Positions 40,101 to 49,435 of a DNA stretch of 64,000 nucleotides are shown here, one piece after another. The notes under the pieces were generated by a model. The model worked only from the letters and a program-made list of their open reading frames with translations, was not told where the DNA came from and did not search any database. The stretch is taken from assembly GCF_964355755.1 (NCBI RefSeq), contig NC_092680.1, positions 20,407,045 to 20,471,044 on the forward strand. Reading direction: 5' to 3'. Position 1 is the first letter of the stretch. Each line of letters starts with the position of its first letter. Position numbers and translations under genes: made by a program. This stretch comes from Antedon mediterranea (lineage: Eukaryota; Animalia; Echinodermata).

Positions 40101-41205
40101 TTGTCTACATGACAGTCACCAAGGAATTACAAAGATGAGAGCAAATGCAATGTCTTCAGTATGGTGGCCAGGGATATCGAGAGACATAGAGAAAGTTGTG
40201 AGGAACTGCGAGATGTGCGCAAGATACAGGAGAAGTCAAGCAGAACCAATGCGAGGAACAGAGTTCCCAAACCGACCATGGTCTAGAGTTGGTACCGACT
40301 TTTTCCATTACAATGGACGTAACTATCTACTTGCTGTAGATTATTACTCAAGAGACATTGAGGTCTGCATTGTCACAAAGAATGTAGATACGAAAGAAAC
40401 TGTTGCCAAATTGAAGAAAATATTCAGTCGTCAAGGCATACCAGACGTCCTGTTCTCAGACAATGGACCACAATACAGCTCTGACGAATTCAAAGCATTT
40501 GCACAGAGCTGGAGATTTGAACATGTAACATCATCCCCTCATTTCCCACAGTCAAACGGCGAGGCGGAACGAGCAGTACAAACCATCAAATCCTTCATGA
40601 ACAAGTGTGACGATGAGTATTTGGCAATGCTACAGTACCGTAACACACCACTTCAAAATGGGTATTCACCAACACAGTTGAATATGAGTCGGAGACTAAA
40701 GACAAGAGTGCCATGTCACCCAGAAGAGCTCCGACCAAAACTACCAGACCAGACTGACCTTAGACAGAAAGAGGAGAGATATAGACGTGAAATGAAGAGA
40801 AACTTTGACAACCGTCACAGAGCTGCAGATGCGGAACAACTAAGTCCGGGTGACAAAGTATATATACCGGACTTGAAACGTCACGGAACAATCACGGGAT
40901 ACCACAAGGCACCCAGGTCCGTGTACATCGATACGGATGGAAAAACAGTGAGAAGAAATCGTGCAATGACACGGAAGCTCACTAACAACGATGTGATGAT
41001 GCAAGAACAACCAAAGGAGAGAGATGGTGAGGTGAAGGAAAACCAAACTCCAACCAATCACGATCACTCCAGCGATGCGGGAACGCCAACTGAAGCGGAC
41101 ATCCGCAACAACCCGAAGCCACCGGAAGCATCAACACCATCAAATACCAGACCACAACGGAACCGGCGAAGACCACGTTATTTGGATGAATATGTAACAT
41201 CCTAA
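37123..41205 (+). CDS. Gag-Pol polyprotein (two CCHC knuckles, PR, RT, RNase H, IN) in a single frame
   Basis: CGYCGKSH..C and CNACGKTGH..C; IDTGA; HMDD; DAS..EKE..TDHKPL; HDSH..CEMC; D..D..NGEAER. No stops. Confidence 0.95.
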   Translation: MATFIKPPETLIVDGSNPSHAWNKWKRKFEIYLKATGNSKKETEIKVGLLLNCIGDNSIDIYTNFKFKPAMQNPENEEEIPAEDPNDYTVIMNKFDEHFSRRDPQLMLRQRFWHHLQREPGQSFDSWVTTVKERAAECKFPKEFQEEAVRDKLTFSCTNDSYKLKLYDEGAKLSLTKTTRILALKEATSQELQKSKTATIDQVRPKTKPRPATQGQTKKQYSHNKAARPQTNEGKCQKCGYCGKSHPYGKQNCPAKSAICNACGKTGHYKVVCRSTASRSSRVNQVDDEHPFLISGVSVQQVNRSQLKDAHKQPGWHIKLRAADQELSWCIDTGAQVSVMPNIVYQNRFGEMFPTDKTLVGTGDTPLKTRGFVDMKLKQQHENNSEIEERVYIVENATTLLLGVPAIRNLGLIHEIPGTYSVKAVDVNSPITKEKIKEEYPGLFRGLGKLDGEYTIKLKEDTKPFCLTTPRRIALPLLEKTKAELERMVQLEVIEPIDEPTDWCAPIVVVPKQNGDVRICVDLTKLNQSVRRELYHMPKVEETLGKVANGTVFSKLDANSGFHQVKLSLESTKLTTFITPFGRYVFKRLPYGISSAPEYFQKQMDRELRGLEGVVCHMDDILITGSNQTEHDNRLNAVLKRLDKSGLTLNSAKCKFSQTKLDYLGQIIDGEGLRKDPKKIEAIMKMQPPTNVTELRQFLGMVNQQMKFVPNLAETTKPLRDLMKKENEWVWDQAQQETFVKIQNELSSDKVLKLYSTTKETVISADASSFGLGAVLLQKQENGELRPVAYASRSMTATERRYAQIEKEALATTWSLEHWADLLVGLKFRVQTDHKPLVPLFSTKNIDELPIRVQRFRMRLMRFNFDINHVPGKLLYTADALSRSPRHKERRANEKIDREEKLRNEVECFVNSVMVTLPASDKRLEEIRSELRKDDTLKMVMYHVQEGWNEKSEASGYLHSYWKERGSLSVHEGLLLKSKRLVIPPKLRTDILRCLHDSHQGITKMRANAMSSVWWPGISRDIEKVVRNCEMCARYRRSQAEPMRGTEFPNRPWSRVGTDFFHYNGRNYLLAVDYYSRDIEVCIVTKNVDTKETVAKLKKIFSRQGIPDVLFSDNGPQYSSDEFKAFAQSWRFEHVTSSPHFPQSNGEAERAVQTIKSFMNKCDDEYLAMLQYRNTPLQNGYSPTQLNMSRRLKTRVPCHPEELRPKLPDQTDLRQKEERYRREMKRNFDNRHRAADAEQLSPGDKVYIPDLKRHGTITGYHKAPRSVYIDTDGKTVRRNRAMTRKLTNNDVMMQEQPKERDGEVKENQTPTNHDHSSDAGTPTEADIRNNPKPPEASTPSNTRPQRNRRRPRYLDEYVTS

Positions 41206-44200
41206 TTTCATATGAACACTGATCTATAATCACTCACCAAAAATAAAAACACTGAACACTGATTTGATAATGAACAATATCGGACCTTTATTGAAACACA
41301 GATGGAAATTCAATGATTGACATGATCTTACTCTAAATGTTAATTTGTGTTTAAAGTTAAAGTTTAGTTGCTGCGCGACTTAAAATTATAAAGCTGATTA
41401 ATCAATCTCTAAGAAAAAGGGAGATGTGGTAGTATGCAATATCGATCTAGCGCCACCTAGCGGGGATCGAGAGAGGGTTTTAACATGGACGCGAGTCACG
41501 ATAGTTGATATGTTGAATAAATGTTATTTGGATTGTGTTTAACGGTAGTCCTATGTACGTCTGTTTGAGTACAGTGTAGCGACAACAAACGAAACATAAT
41601 AGTTATAAGACAGGAATCGAACAAACTTCCGTTGAACAGTGTCGATTCGACGGGCCTGACATGGAGAAATTGAATTGAAAATTGCGGAACAATATTCAAG
41701 GTGAGGACGTATAATAGATTTGTATAAAGATAAAAGTGCCCTGCCGTCGTTCATAAACCTACAATTTCTCCATATTAAGCCCATCATTCTATTAGCTTTT
41801 GACAACACATGATTAATATGTGAACAAAAATTTAATTTACTATCAATAAAAATACCTAAATCTTTCCATACATAAACCATCTCAAGATCATGTCCACTCA
41901 GATTATAATTGAAGAGCACAGGCCTTTTTTTAAGTGTTATAGATAAATATTTGCATTTATTAGCATTAAGTTTTATCCCCCACTTCTCCGTCCATTCCAC
42001 GAGACCATCCAGATCCTCCTGAAGTGAAAAAGCATCCTGTGGAGTGGTAATCACTTTAAACAATTTCAGATCGTCAGCAAATAAAAGAGACTCGGAATGA
42101 TTAAATTTTAAAGGAAGATCGTTGATAAATAAATTAAACAAAAGCGGGCCCAGGATCGAGCCCTGCGGAACGCCCGATAACACAGGGAGCCAATCAGATG
42201 TCTCTCCCCCAATGACAACACGCTGTTGTCTATTAGTTAAATAGCTTTTAAACCAACTTAACAGTGAACCGGATAAACCAAATTTTGAAAGTTTAAAAAT
42301 AAGCAAATCATGGGAAACGGAATCAAAAGCCTTAGAGAAATCAGTGTAAATCACATCGCACTGCTTCTTGCTGTTAATTGCATCGTATGATGTAGCAAGA
42401 AGCAGTGCGAGGTTGGTTTGACATGATCTTGTTATTTTAACAATGAAATGAGTTCTACACAGAAACGTGGTATTATAAGCCTATTATACAAAAAAGGTGA
42501 TAAAAAATTGCTTGAAAACTGGCGTCCTATCACTTTATTAAATACAGACTACAACATTTTAACTCAAATTCTATGTATGAGACTTCATAAAGTAATTGAA
42601 AATGTAGTTGACAATGACCAAAAGGGGTACATTAAAGGACGATTCGCTGGAGAAAACGTCCGTCTAATTAATGATATTCTGTATTATACAGCAGAAGAAC
42701 AAATCGAAGGAGCTATTCTATCCCTTGATTTTAGAAAAGCTTTTGATTCTGTAAATAGAGACTTTATGTTTAAGGTACTAAAAAAATTTAATTTTGGAGA
42801 CTCCTTTTTAAAATGGGTAAATACAATTTATAGTAAATCTGAATGTGTTATTGTTAATAATGGTTGGATATCAGAAAGTTTTGAAATGGAATGCGGAATA
42901 AGACAGGGTTGCCCATTGTCGGCGTTACTCTTTATTTTAGTAGTAGAAATTATGGCGTGTAATATAAGAAAAGATAAATGCTATAAAGGAATATCTTTAC
43001 CTAACAATGATAATGGTGAGGAAGTTCGCATTGCGCATCTGGCAGATGACACTGTACTCTTTGTGGGAAATGAAAAAAGTATAGAGATTGGTTTAAACAT
43101 TGTTAATAAGTTTGGTAAAGCGTCTGGTATGACTTTAAATTAAAAAAAACCCAACGCTATATGGATTGGCAAAAATGTAAACAAAATTGAAAAACCATGC
43201 AGTCTAAATTGGGTTAATGAACCAATTAAGATTTTGGGTATTTATGTGGGATATAATGAGAACAAATGCAGTGAATTAAATTGGGATAGTAAAGTGGCAA
43301 ACTTAGAAATGCTACTCAATAGATGGAAAGGAAGAAACCTAACCCTTTTTGGCAAAGTTACCATTTTAAAAAGTTTAGCTTTGTCTAAACTAACATACAA
43401 TGCATGTATAATTGATGTACCAGATGATGTTATTTTTAAAATAAATAAATTGATATATAACTTTTTATGGAATGGAAAAACAGAAAAAATAAAAAGAAAA
43501 ACTTTAATCGGTAAAATGATTAAAGGGGGCATAGGTATGCCTGATTTCGCATTACACATAAACTCTCTGAAAATGATATGGGCAAGAAAATTACTGTGTA
43601 GAAAACACGTAAGATGGAAAATCTTACCACTATACTATTTTAACAAATTTGGAACCGAACAACTAATTTTAAGTATGTCAAATATCAATTTTCAAAATAA
43701 CATGGGCTTAGATAATATACCATCTTTTTATTATAATGTTCTAAAGTGTTGTGTTGAATTTAATAATATGAATAATGAAGGTACAATTAACGAGTATGAA
43801 GAAGTGATAAAGCAAAACTTATGGGGTAATAATGATATTAAATATAGAAACAAACCACTATTCTTTAAGAACTAGATAGATGCAGGTTTTAATCAAATTA
43901 AAGATATAATTATTTTCAATCGTCTAATGAAACCTATAGAAATAATTAAACAATTACGTATTAAGAAAAACTGGATAGCTGAATATGTTTCTCTAACCAG
44001 AGCTATTCCAAAAGAGTGGTTAAGTATAATTAAACATAATATGCCAAATATGAACCAATATATGAATGTGAATCTGGAATACAATATCAACAATATAATT
44101 AAGATGACAACAAAAGATGTTTAACTTTGTTAATAACGTTTTTATTCCCCCGAAAAGCATACTTAAATGGAATAACATATTTAATGAAGATATCAAGTGG

Positions 44201-45137
44201 TGTGATGTCTGGAAAAGTAAAGTGAAAAACGAAAAAATTAAGAAATTTGCCCAATTGAATTACAAATTACTAAATAGAGTTGTACCTACAAATCTAAAAC
44301 TGTATAACTGGAAACTGAAAAATAATAACATATGTAACAATTGTGGAGTCATTGAAGACGAAAAACATATGTTTTATTATTGTAGACGTAATCAAATAAT
44401 GTGGGAAAAAATTGACAATATATTTAAAAAGCTAGATAACAGCAGTAGCTCGTTCAAAGAACTCCTGTTAGGAAGTAAATGTCAATTAAAAAACCAATTG
44501 TATTCAATAGCTGTGTACGTCATATACATAATTAAAATTAAAACTGAACTTAAAAAACCTGTATGCCAGAATCCCTGGATTCAGTTTAAATATATTTTAA
44601 AAGATATGAATACACTAGGCATGTTGTAACTTATAAGTGGCATCCATTTTTGTATTTTAAGATGTACAGTTTTTTGTATGCATATAATCAAACCACTATA
44701 TGTATAAAGGTTAAAAGAGTAAAAATCAGAAAATAACGAAAAAAGTAGAAAACAGAAATTTAATGTATGAAAATGCAATGTGAACGAAATTTGTATGAAA
44801 GAATGAATAAAAGTGGTGGTTAACCACAAAAGAGAAAAAAAAAAGTATGTAAATATTCACCATCAATTCTTCCTAGCCGACTAAATGAGTTACGTACTAG
44901 CAAAATGTTTTTATCAACAAAGATAGTGAAAGAAATGCAATTACAGTACAATATAAGATTGTAAATAAACTAATTCTTTCAGTATATTTACATAGATTAA
45001 AACTACCAATACTTTCTCCCACAATTGGGTTGTTTATATGTTGTGTATGTTTTGTACAAAATGGATACAAGTTAAACTTTAAGTTTTTTACTAAAATATT
45101 CAGACTCATACACTTTAAAAAGGCATAATTATTAATC

Positions 45138-46163
45138 TTATTTTTTATCGCGACGAAAGAAAGTTTTTCTAAAGCCTGACTTGAACTCATTAAATTTAAA
45201 TGCATATACAAAAGGGTTTGCGGCCAAACTTGACACAAAGCATATGATTGCTGCTTGTCTTAAGGGATGTCGATCATAATCAAAACAGTCGCAAAGAACG
45301 TACACAAAATACAATACTAACAAAGGTGTAATACTTAATAAGAACACGAATGCACTGATAACCATAGTTATCACAAAGTTCACCTGTGCTTTACTGTACC
45401 GAGTCGAATTAGACGTTCTATCGATCTTCAAATCTATTCCAGTACCTTGCTCTGTGTCGGTAGCGGTGTCTTCGGTTGTTGCATCAGTTTGATCGGAACT
45501 CGGTGTTTTCCTCCACTTTGTTTTTGACTTGGAATGTTTCAACATCGTCACATAAACTCGTCGATAACAAAACATCATTATTGAAATTGGGATAACCCAA
45601 TTTAAAAGGAATATGGAGCCTCCAGAGATCACACGCACAGTTTCACTACCATGACAATACCTGCACTTGCCTGGGCTTAAGTCATCGGGCCTGCTAAAAA
45701 TTGAAAGTTGAAAAACAACAAGAGCGGAAAACACAAATTGTACAAACAATTGAGGTAGCATTTTGTTTTTCCATTCACCTCTCGCCCAGTATCGCATCGG
45801 ATGCACCACTGCAATGTACCGTTCAATGGATATATACACGAGGTTAAAGGTCGATCCAGATGCAAATAACCAGAATAAAGTTCTAGATTTACAGTATACA
45901 ACGCCAGCATGGCCGTCTGGTACGTTGTAGTTAAACAAGATGAGGTAGGAGCAACATGCTATCAAATCAATGAATGCTTGTTGAAATATCAAAGTATACG
46001 TGAAACATTTACGGTAGATTTTGCAGTTTATAAAGACAATGATCACAACCAGGTTGGCAATGACACCGATGATCGTTAAAGTATAGCGCGAGATGGAGAG
46101 AGCAAGCTCCACTTCATCAGAGATTTCCTCTACAGTTATGTTCAAGTTATCACAAGTAGTCAT
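45138..46163 (-). CDS. Class A GPCR (GPCR-8), CxC family, sister of GPCR-7
   Basis: 7TM; GVIAN, FQQAFID, YCK, IERY, SITP, CDCF, NPFVY. Confidence 0.92.
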   Translation of the reverse strand: MTTCDNLNITVEEISDEVELALSISRYTLTIIGVIANLVVIIVFINCKIYRKCFTYTLIFQQAFIDLIACCSYLILFNYNVPDGHAGVVYCKSRTLFWLFASGSTFNLVYISIERYIAVVHPMRYWARGEWKNKMLPQLFVQFVFSALVVFQLSIFSRPDDLSPGKCRYCHGSETVRVISGGSIFLLNWVIPISIMMFCYRRVYVTMLKHSKSKTKWRKTPSSDQTDATTEDTATDTEQGTGIDLKIDRTSNSTRYSKAQVNFVITMVISAFVFLLSITPLLVLYFVYVLCDCFDYDRHPLRQAAIICFVSSLAANPFVYAFKFNEFKSGFRKTFFRRDKK

Positions 46164-47937
46164 GGCAATCTACAATAAGTATAATATTTATTATAACGTT
46201 TTTTTTTTACGAAAAGACGGAATAATGATGAATTTATTTAATATACGTGAAAACAGCTATATCAGTATAATACTTTATTAAAAATAAAACCATAAAAATT
46301 TAAAAAATAATTATATACATTTGAATTAAAAAAAATTACTTACTGGCTATATTATGACCGAATAATGTAAAATTGAGATCAAAATTAAGAATAAGCCTAA
46401 TTTATTACCGTTAGCTTCCCCCTTTGGTGTTTGAATAAACTAATATGTACTTCCTCCTTCATTAACGACTGTCATTATTCTAGTTTAAAAAAACCACAAT
46501 GTTTTGTAAATAACTAAAAATACTTTACTAAAAACATTGTTTACGAGGTGCAGTTTGGAACGATGCCAATTTCTTTGATAAAATATCAGTTTGGCAATAA
46601 AATAAATATTTTGTCAAGATATTGTTTGTTTTATTTCCCAAAAAATTATTTAACCGTAGGAATGAAAGCCTTTTGTAAAAAAAAAAATTAAAATCGGTAG
46701 TCAACAAAATGCTTGTGTTTATTTACACTATTTTGTCCAGAACAGCGCCCCATACAAGAATAAACCAATACATCTTTACAAGAACAAGGAAGTAAGTACT
46801 GTTTTCGATGTAACAAAAAAGATTCAATGTACTTTATCCAATTACTTAAGACCGTATGTTTACTGATAAAACTAAATATTGTTTAGTTTTATTAAATGTA
46901 AAAGGAATATCAATTTAAAACAGAACACACGGATAATTTAAGTAGAAATGATCAAGGAAATAGTACACCTTTACACAGGCATATTGTGCAAACTTTCGTT
47001 TTCAACGACATACGTAGCTATTAAGTCTAACAGTCATTCTGTGCCTGCCCATTATGTTTCTGAACGTGCAGGTAATTGAAAGGCGTATTCACGGGTTTAT
47101 TGACATGAAATTGTCCATGTTGTGATAGAAACAATCTATGCTAATTGATTGTATTATAGCTATACAATAATTAAAGGTTGAAATAAGAAAATGATACCAC
47201 AATAAATCATTGAATAGGCCTAATAGACTCTATTTCACTTTCAAATCTATAGTATAGATTTAATACTCGATCGCAACTTCTTCGAACTTAGAAAATAGTA
47301 TTGAAACTATGCAAGGCCCATTATGAGCAATTAAACTGACTGTTAAGCTGTGCATAGTTTCATTTTATACGATTATATGATTCTGTCTTCATTTCTGCCC
47401 TCATGTTTCGGCCATTTTATAGAGATATCTCTAAGCAGAAAGTGATTTATTATTGTAATAATTATAGTTTAAGTACCACTGAAAGAGAAAATATTACTTC
47501 TTGGAAGTCAGTTAAAACGTTGTTATAAGATATATCAGATTGAGTGTCCACATCCATGCATCTAGACTGTACCGGTATCGTACAATTCTCAAAACAGCCA
47601 AGGTTAGTATTTAAACCATTGTTATATATTTAAATAAGGAATTGTAATCGAAAAATGTGTAAAATAAGGAGACATTATTAAAGCGACATCCCAACCTCCT
47701 CATTGGCTGGCTAAAAGAGAAAAGAAGTTTCTTTTAAGTAAATTTACAAAAACATCTATAAGCTACTTATATTATTTGGTCTGACAATTTATCTTAGTCA
47801 CTTGGTTAATGTTATAATACTGTTAACAAAATAAATAAATAAAAGAAATTCCAATATTCCTTTTAAATTTGTATTATTGAGATAGCAAATAGAACATATT
47901 TTAAGTATAAAAACTATTTTACATATAAGATGTTGGT

Positions 47938-48071
47938 AACAAGGCCATATACATGGCTGCAGTCGCGTGCTCAAATTTGAGTGTTTACCGACCAACCGAC
48001 CAACCGACCGACCGACCGACCGACCGACCGACATGGTGAGCTGTAGAATCGCGTTTGCACGCGACTAAAAA
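47938..48071. mobile_element. DINE-1/Helentron-associated-like short element
   Basis: Subterminal IR AGTCGCGTGC (47961) / GCACGCGACT (48057), internal (CCGA)n microsatellite, terminal stem-loop plus A run. Truncated copy at about 53466-53548. Confidence 0.55.
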
Positions 48072-48445
48072 CCTACAGATGTATATGGAAGGAACTTCTC
48101 GACAAATTTTTAATTTAAATTACGAATAGCATTTTTCTCCAATTATTGTATAGCCATAAGATATATAATTGTTGTTTAAGTTCATTAAGTTGTTTACAGT
48201 TTTTTTTTTATAGTTCTTGAAATTTGATTTTTTCCTCTCTGTTCTTATCTCACTGTCCCTTTCCCTATTATGCTGTATGGACCTGACACTTGCATAACAT
48301 TTCAAATGACAAAACAACATTTATAAAAAACATGTTAGCAATTTGATTTACAATTAAAATAATATTTTATTATATTACAAAATAAATATAATGGTGTTAT
48401 ACATATAGAGGTTGTTAATGTATTAAAAATAATTGTTTTTTTCAG

Positions 48446-49435
48446 ATGGAATTTACAAACTTTACAATTTATGAGCTGCATGAAAGACCAATAATCGTCA
48501 GTATGAGATACGTTATCGGTATTGTAGGAGTTGGTGCTAACTTCCTGGTCGCATTTGTATTTTTGTACAACAATCTCCACAAAAAATCTATAACACACCT
48601 GCTGATCCTTCATCAATCCATACTTGATCTTTTTGGTTGTCTTTTCTTTCCACTGTTTTACAACTTTCCCATATACACTGATATTCGAGGTTCAATCATC
48701 TGCCGATGCCGAACTTTTTTTTTCTACTTCCTGTCCGCTTCAACACAGAATCTTCTTATTTTAACAATTGAACGTTACATCGCAGTAGTTTACCCCAGAA
48801 AATATTTTAGAAAAGGTCAAAGTTTGAAAAAACGTCGATTCCTTCTATCAACGCCGCATGTTATTTCAGTTTTATCTGGAATCCAACTTCCAATATATGC
48901 AGATTTTGTTCCAGAATATCCTGGGTCATGTGACTACTTTTTTCCATCCGAAATCATAGCTAAATGGTCTGCTACAATCATCTTCCTCACGTTCTGGTTT
49001 ATACCAGTGGTGGTCATGTCAATCTGCTACACACGTATATTATATACATTGTACGAAAGAGCCAAGAATACCAGCTTACCGTCCAGGAGTCACGCATCCA
49101 GAAAACACAAATTGAAAGAACGGCGCCGCGACGAAGTAGAACGAAATGTCATCAATACTCTACTGATGATTTATTTAGCGTTCTTGATAACATTAACTCC
49201 AAATATAATCTATTATATAATTTATTCTTTCTGCAATTGTTTAAACTTACATTCGTCACTAATTCACGACATTACCGTTATTCTGAATGCATTTAACCTA
49301 GTAATTAATCCATTTATATATGCATTTAAATTCAGAGATTTTAAACAAGGCGTTAAAGTTTTACTAAAACATAAGTCTAGTTCAGACGATATCATCGATA
49401 TGGCAACAATCAACTGTAGTAAAGCGAGCGATTAA
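48446..49435 (+). CDS. Class A GPCR (GPCR-9), CxC family
   Basis: 7TM; GVGAN, LHQSILD, IERY, TLTPN, CNCL, NPFIY. ATG directly follows TTTTTTTCAG. Confidence 0.92.
   Translation: MEFTNFTIYELHERPIIVSMRYVIGIVGVGANFLVAFVFLYNNLHKKSITHLLILHQSILDLFGCLFFPLFYNFPIYTDIRGSIICRCRTFFFYFLSASTQNLLILTIERYIAVVYPRKYFRKGQSLKKRRFLLSTPHVISVLSGIQLPIYADFVPEYPGSCDYFFPSEIIAKWSATIIFLTFWFIPVVVMSICYTRILYTLYERAKNTSLPSRSHASRKHKLKERRRDEVERNVINTLLMIYLAFLITLTPNIIYYIIYSFCNCLNLHSSLIHDITVILNAFNLVINPFIYAFKFRDFKQGVKVLLKHKSSSDDIIDMATINCSKASD

Larger units (their letters stand above)
36684..41601 (+). mobile_element. Full-length Ty3/Gypsy LTR retrotransposon, Mag/SURL-like clade
   Basis: Identical 177-bp LTRs (36684-36860, 41425-41601); 5-bp TSD GTTAT; PBS TGGTGTCAGAAGTG at 36861 (tRNA-Leu type); PPT AAGAAAAAGGGAGA at 41411-41424. 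Confidence 0.97.
36164..42429 (-). mobile_element. 5'-truncated CR1/Jockey-group LINE inserted antisense in the Tx1 element, itself split by the Gypsy element
   Basis: RT motifs RSCQTNL, YTDFSKAFD, GVPQGSILGP, FADD, DLGI. The frame continues across the Gypsy (..FLSYN|CVNF..DMVFLYNIL..) to the stop at 36358; A-rich (TAAA)n tail at about 36164-36195. Confidence 0.9.
34845..44844 (+). mobile_element. 5'-truncated, decayed Tx1/L1-clade LINE (ORF2 only), interrupted at 36164-42429
   Basis: APE motifs YAP, GGDFN, RLDY, TDH; GPGYWKFN; KTPGCDG; RT motifs WRPITLLN, DFRKAFD, GIRQGCPLS, LADD; C-terminal CxxC..H..C. Frameshifts near 35735 and 44120, stops at 43141 and 43873. Poly(A) to 44844; TSD GTATGTAAAT at 34835-34844 and 44845-44854. 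Confidence 0.9.

Noticed and set aside
37721-41233. Short alternative-frame and antisense ORFs inside the Gypsy and GPCR genes
   Set aside because: They are shadow ORFs with no motifs, and no env-like extra ORF is evident.
41496-41601. C-terminus YYVSFVVATLYSNRRT of ORF 41551-42354 and ORF 41496-41699
   Set aside because: These are read-through into the 3' LTR. The true frame continues left of 36683.
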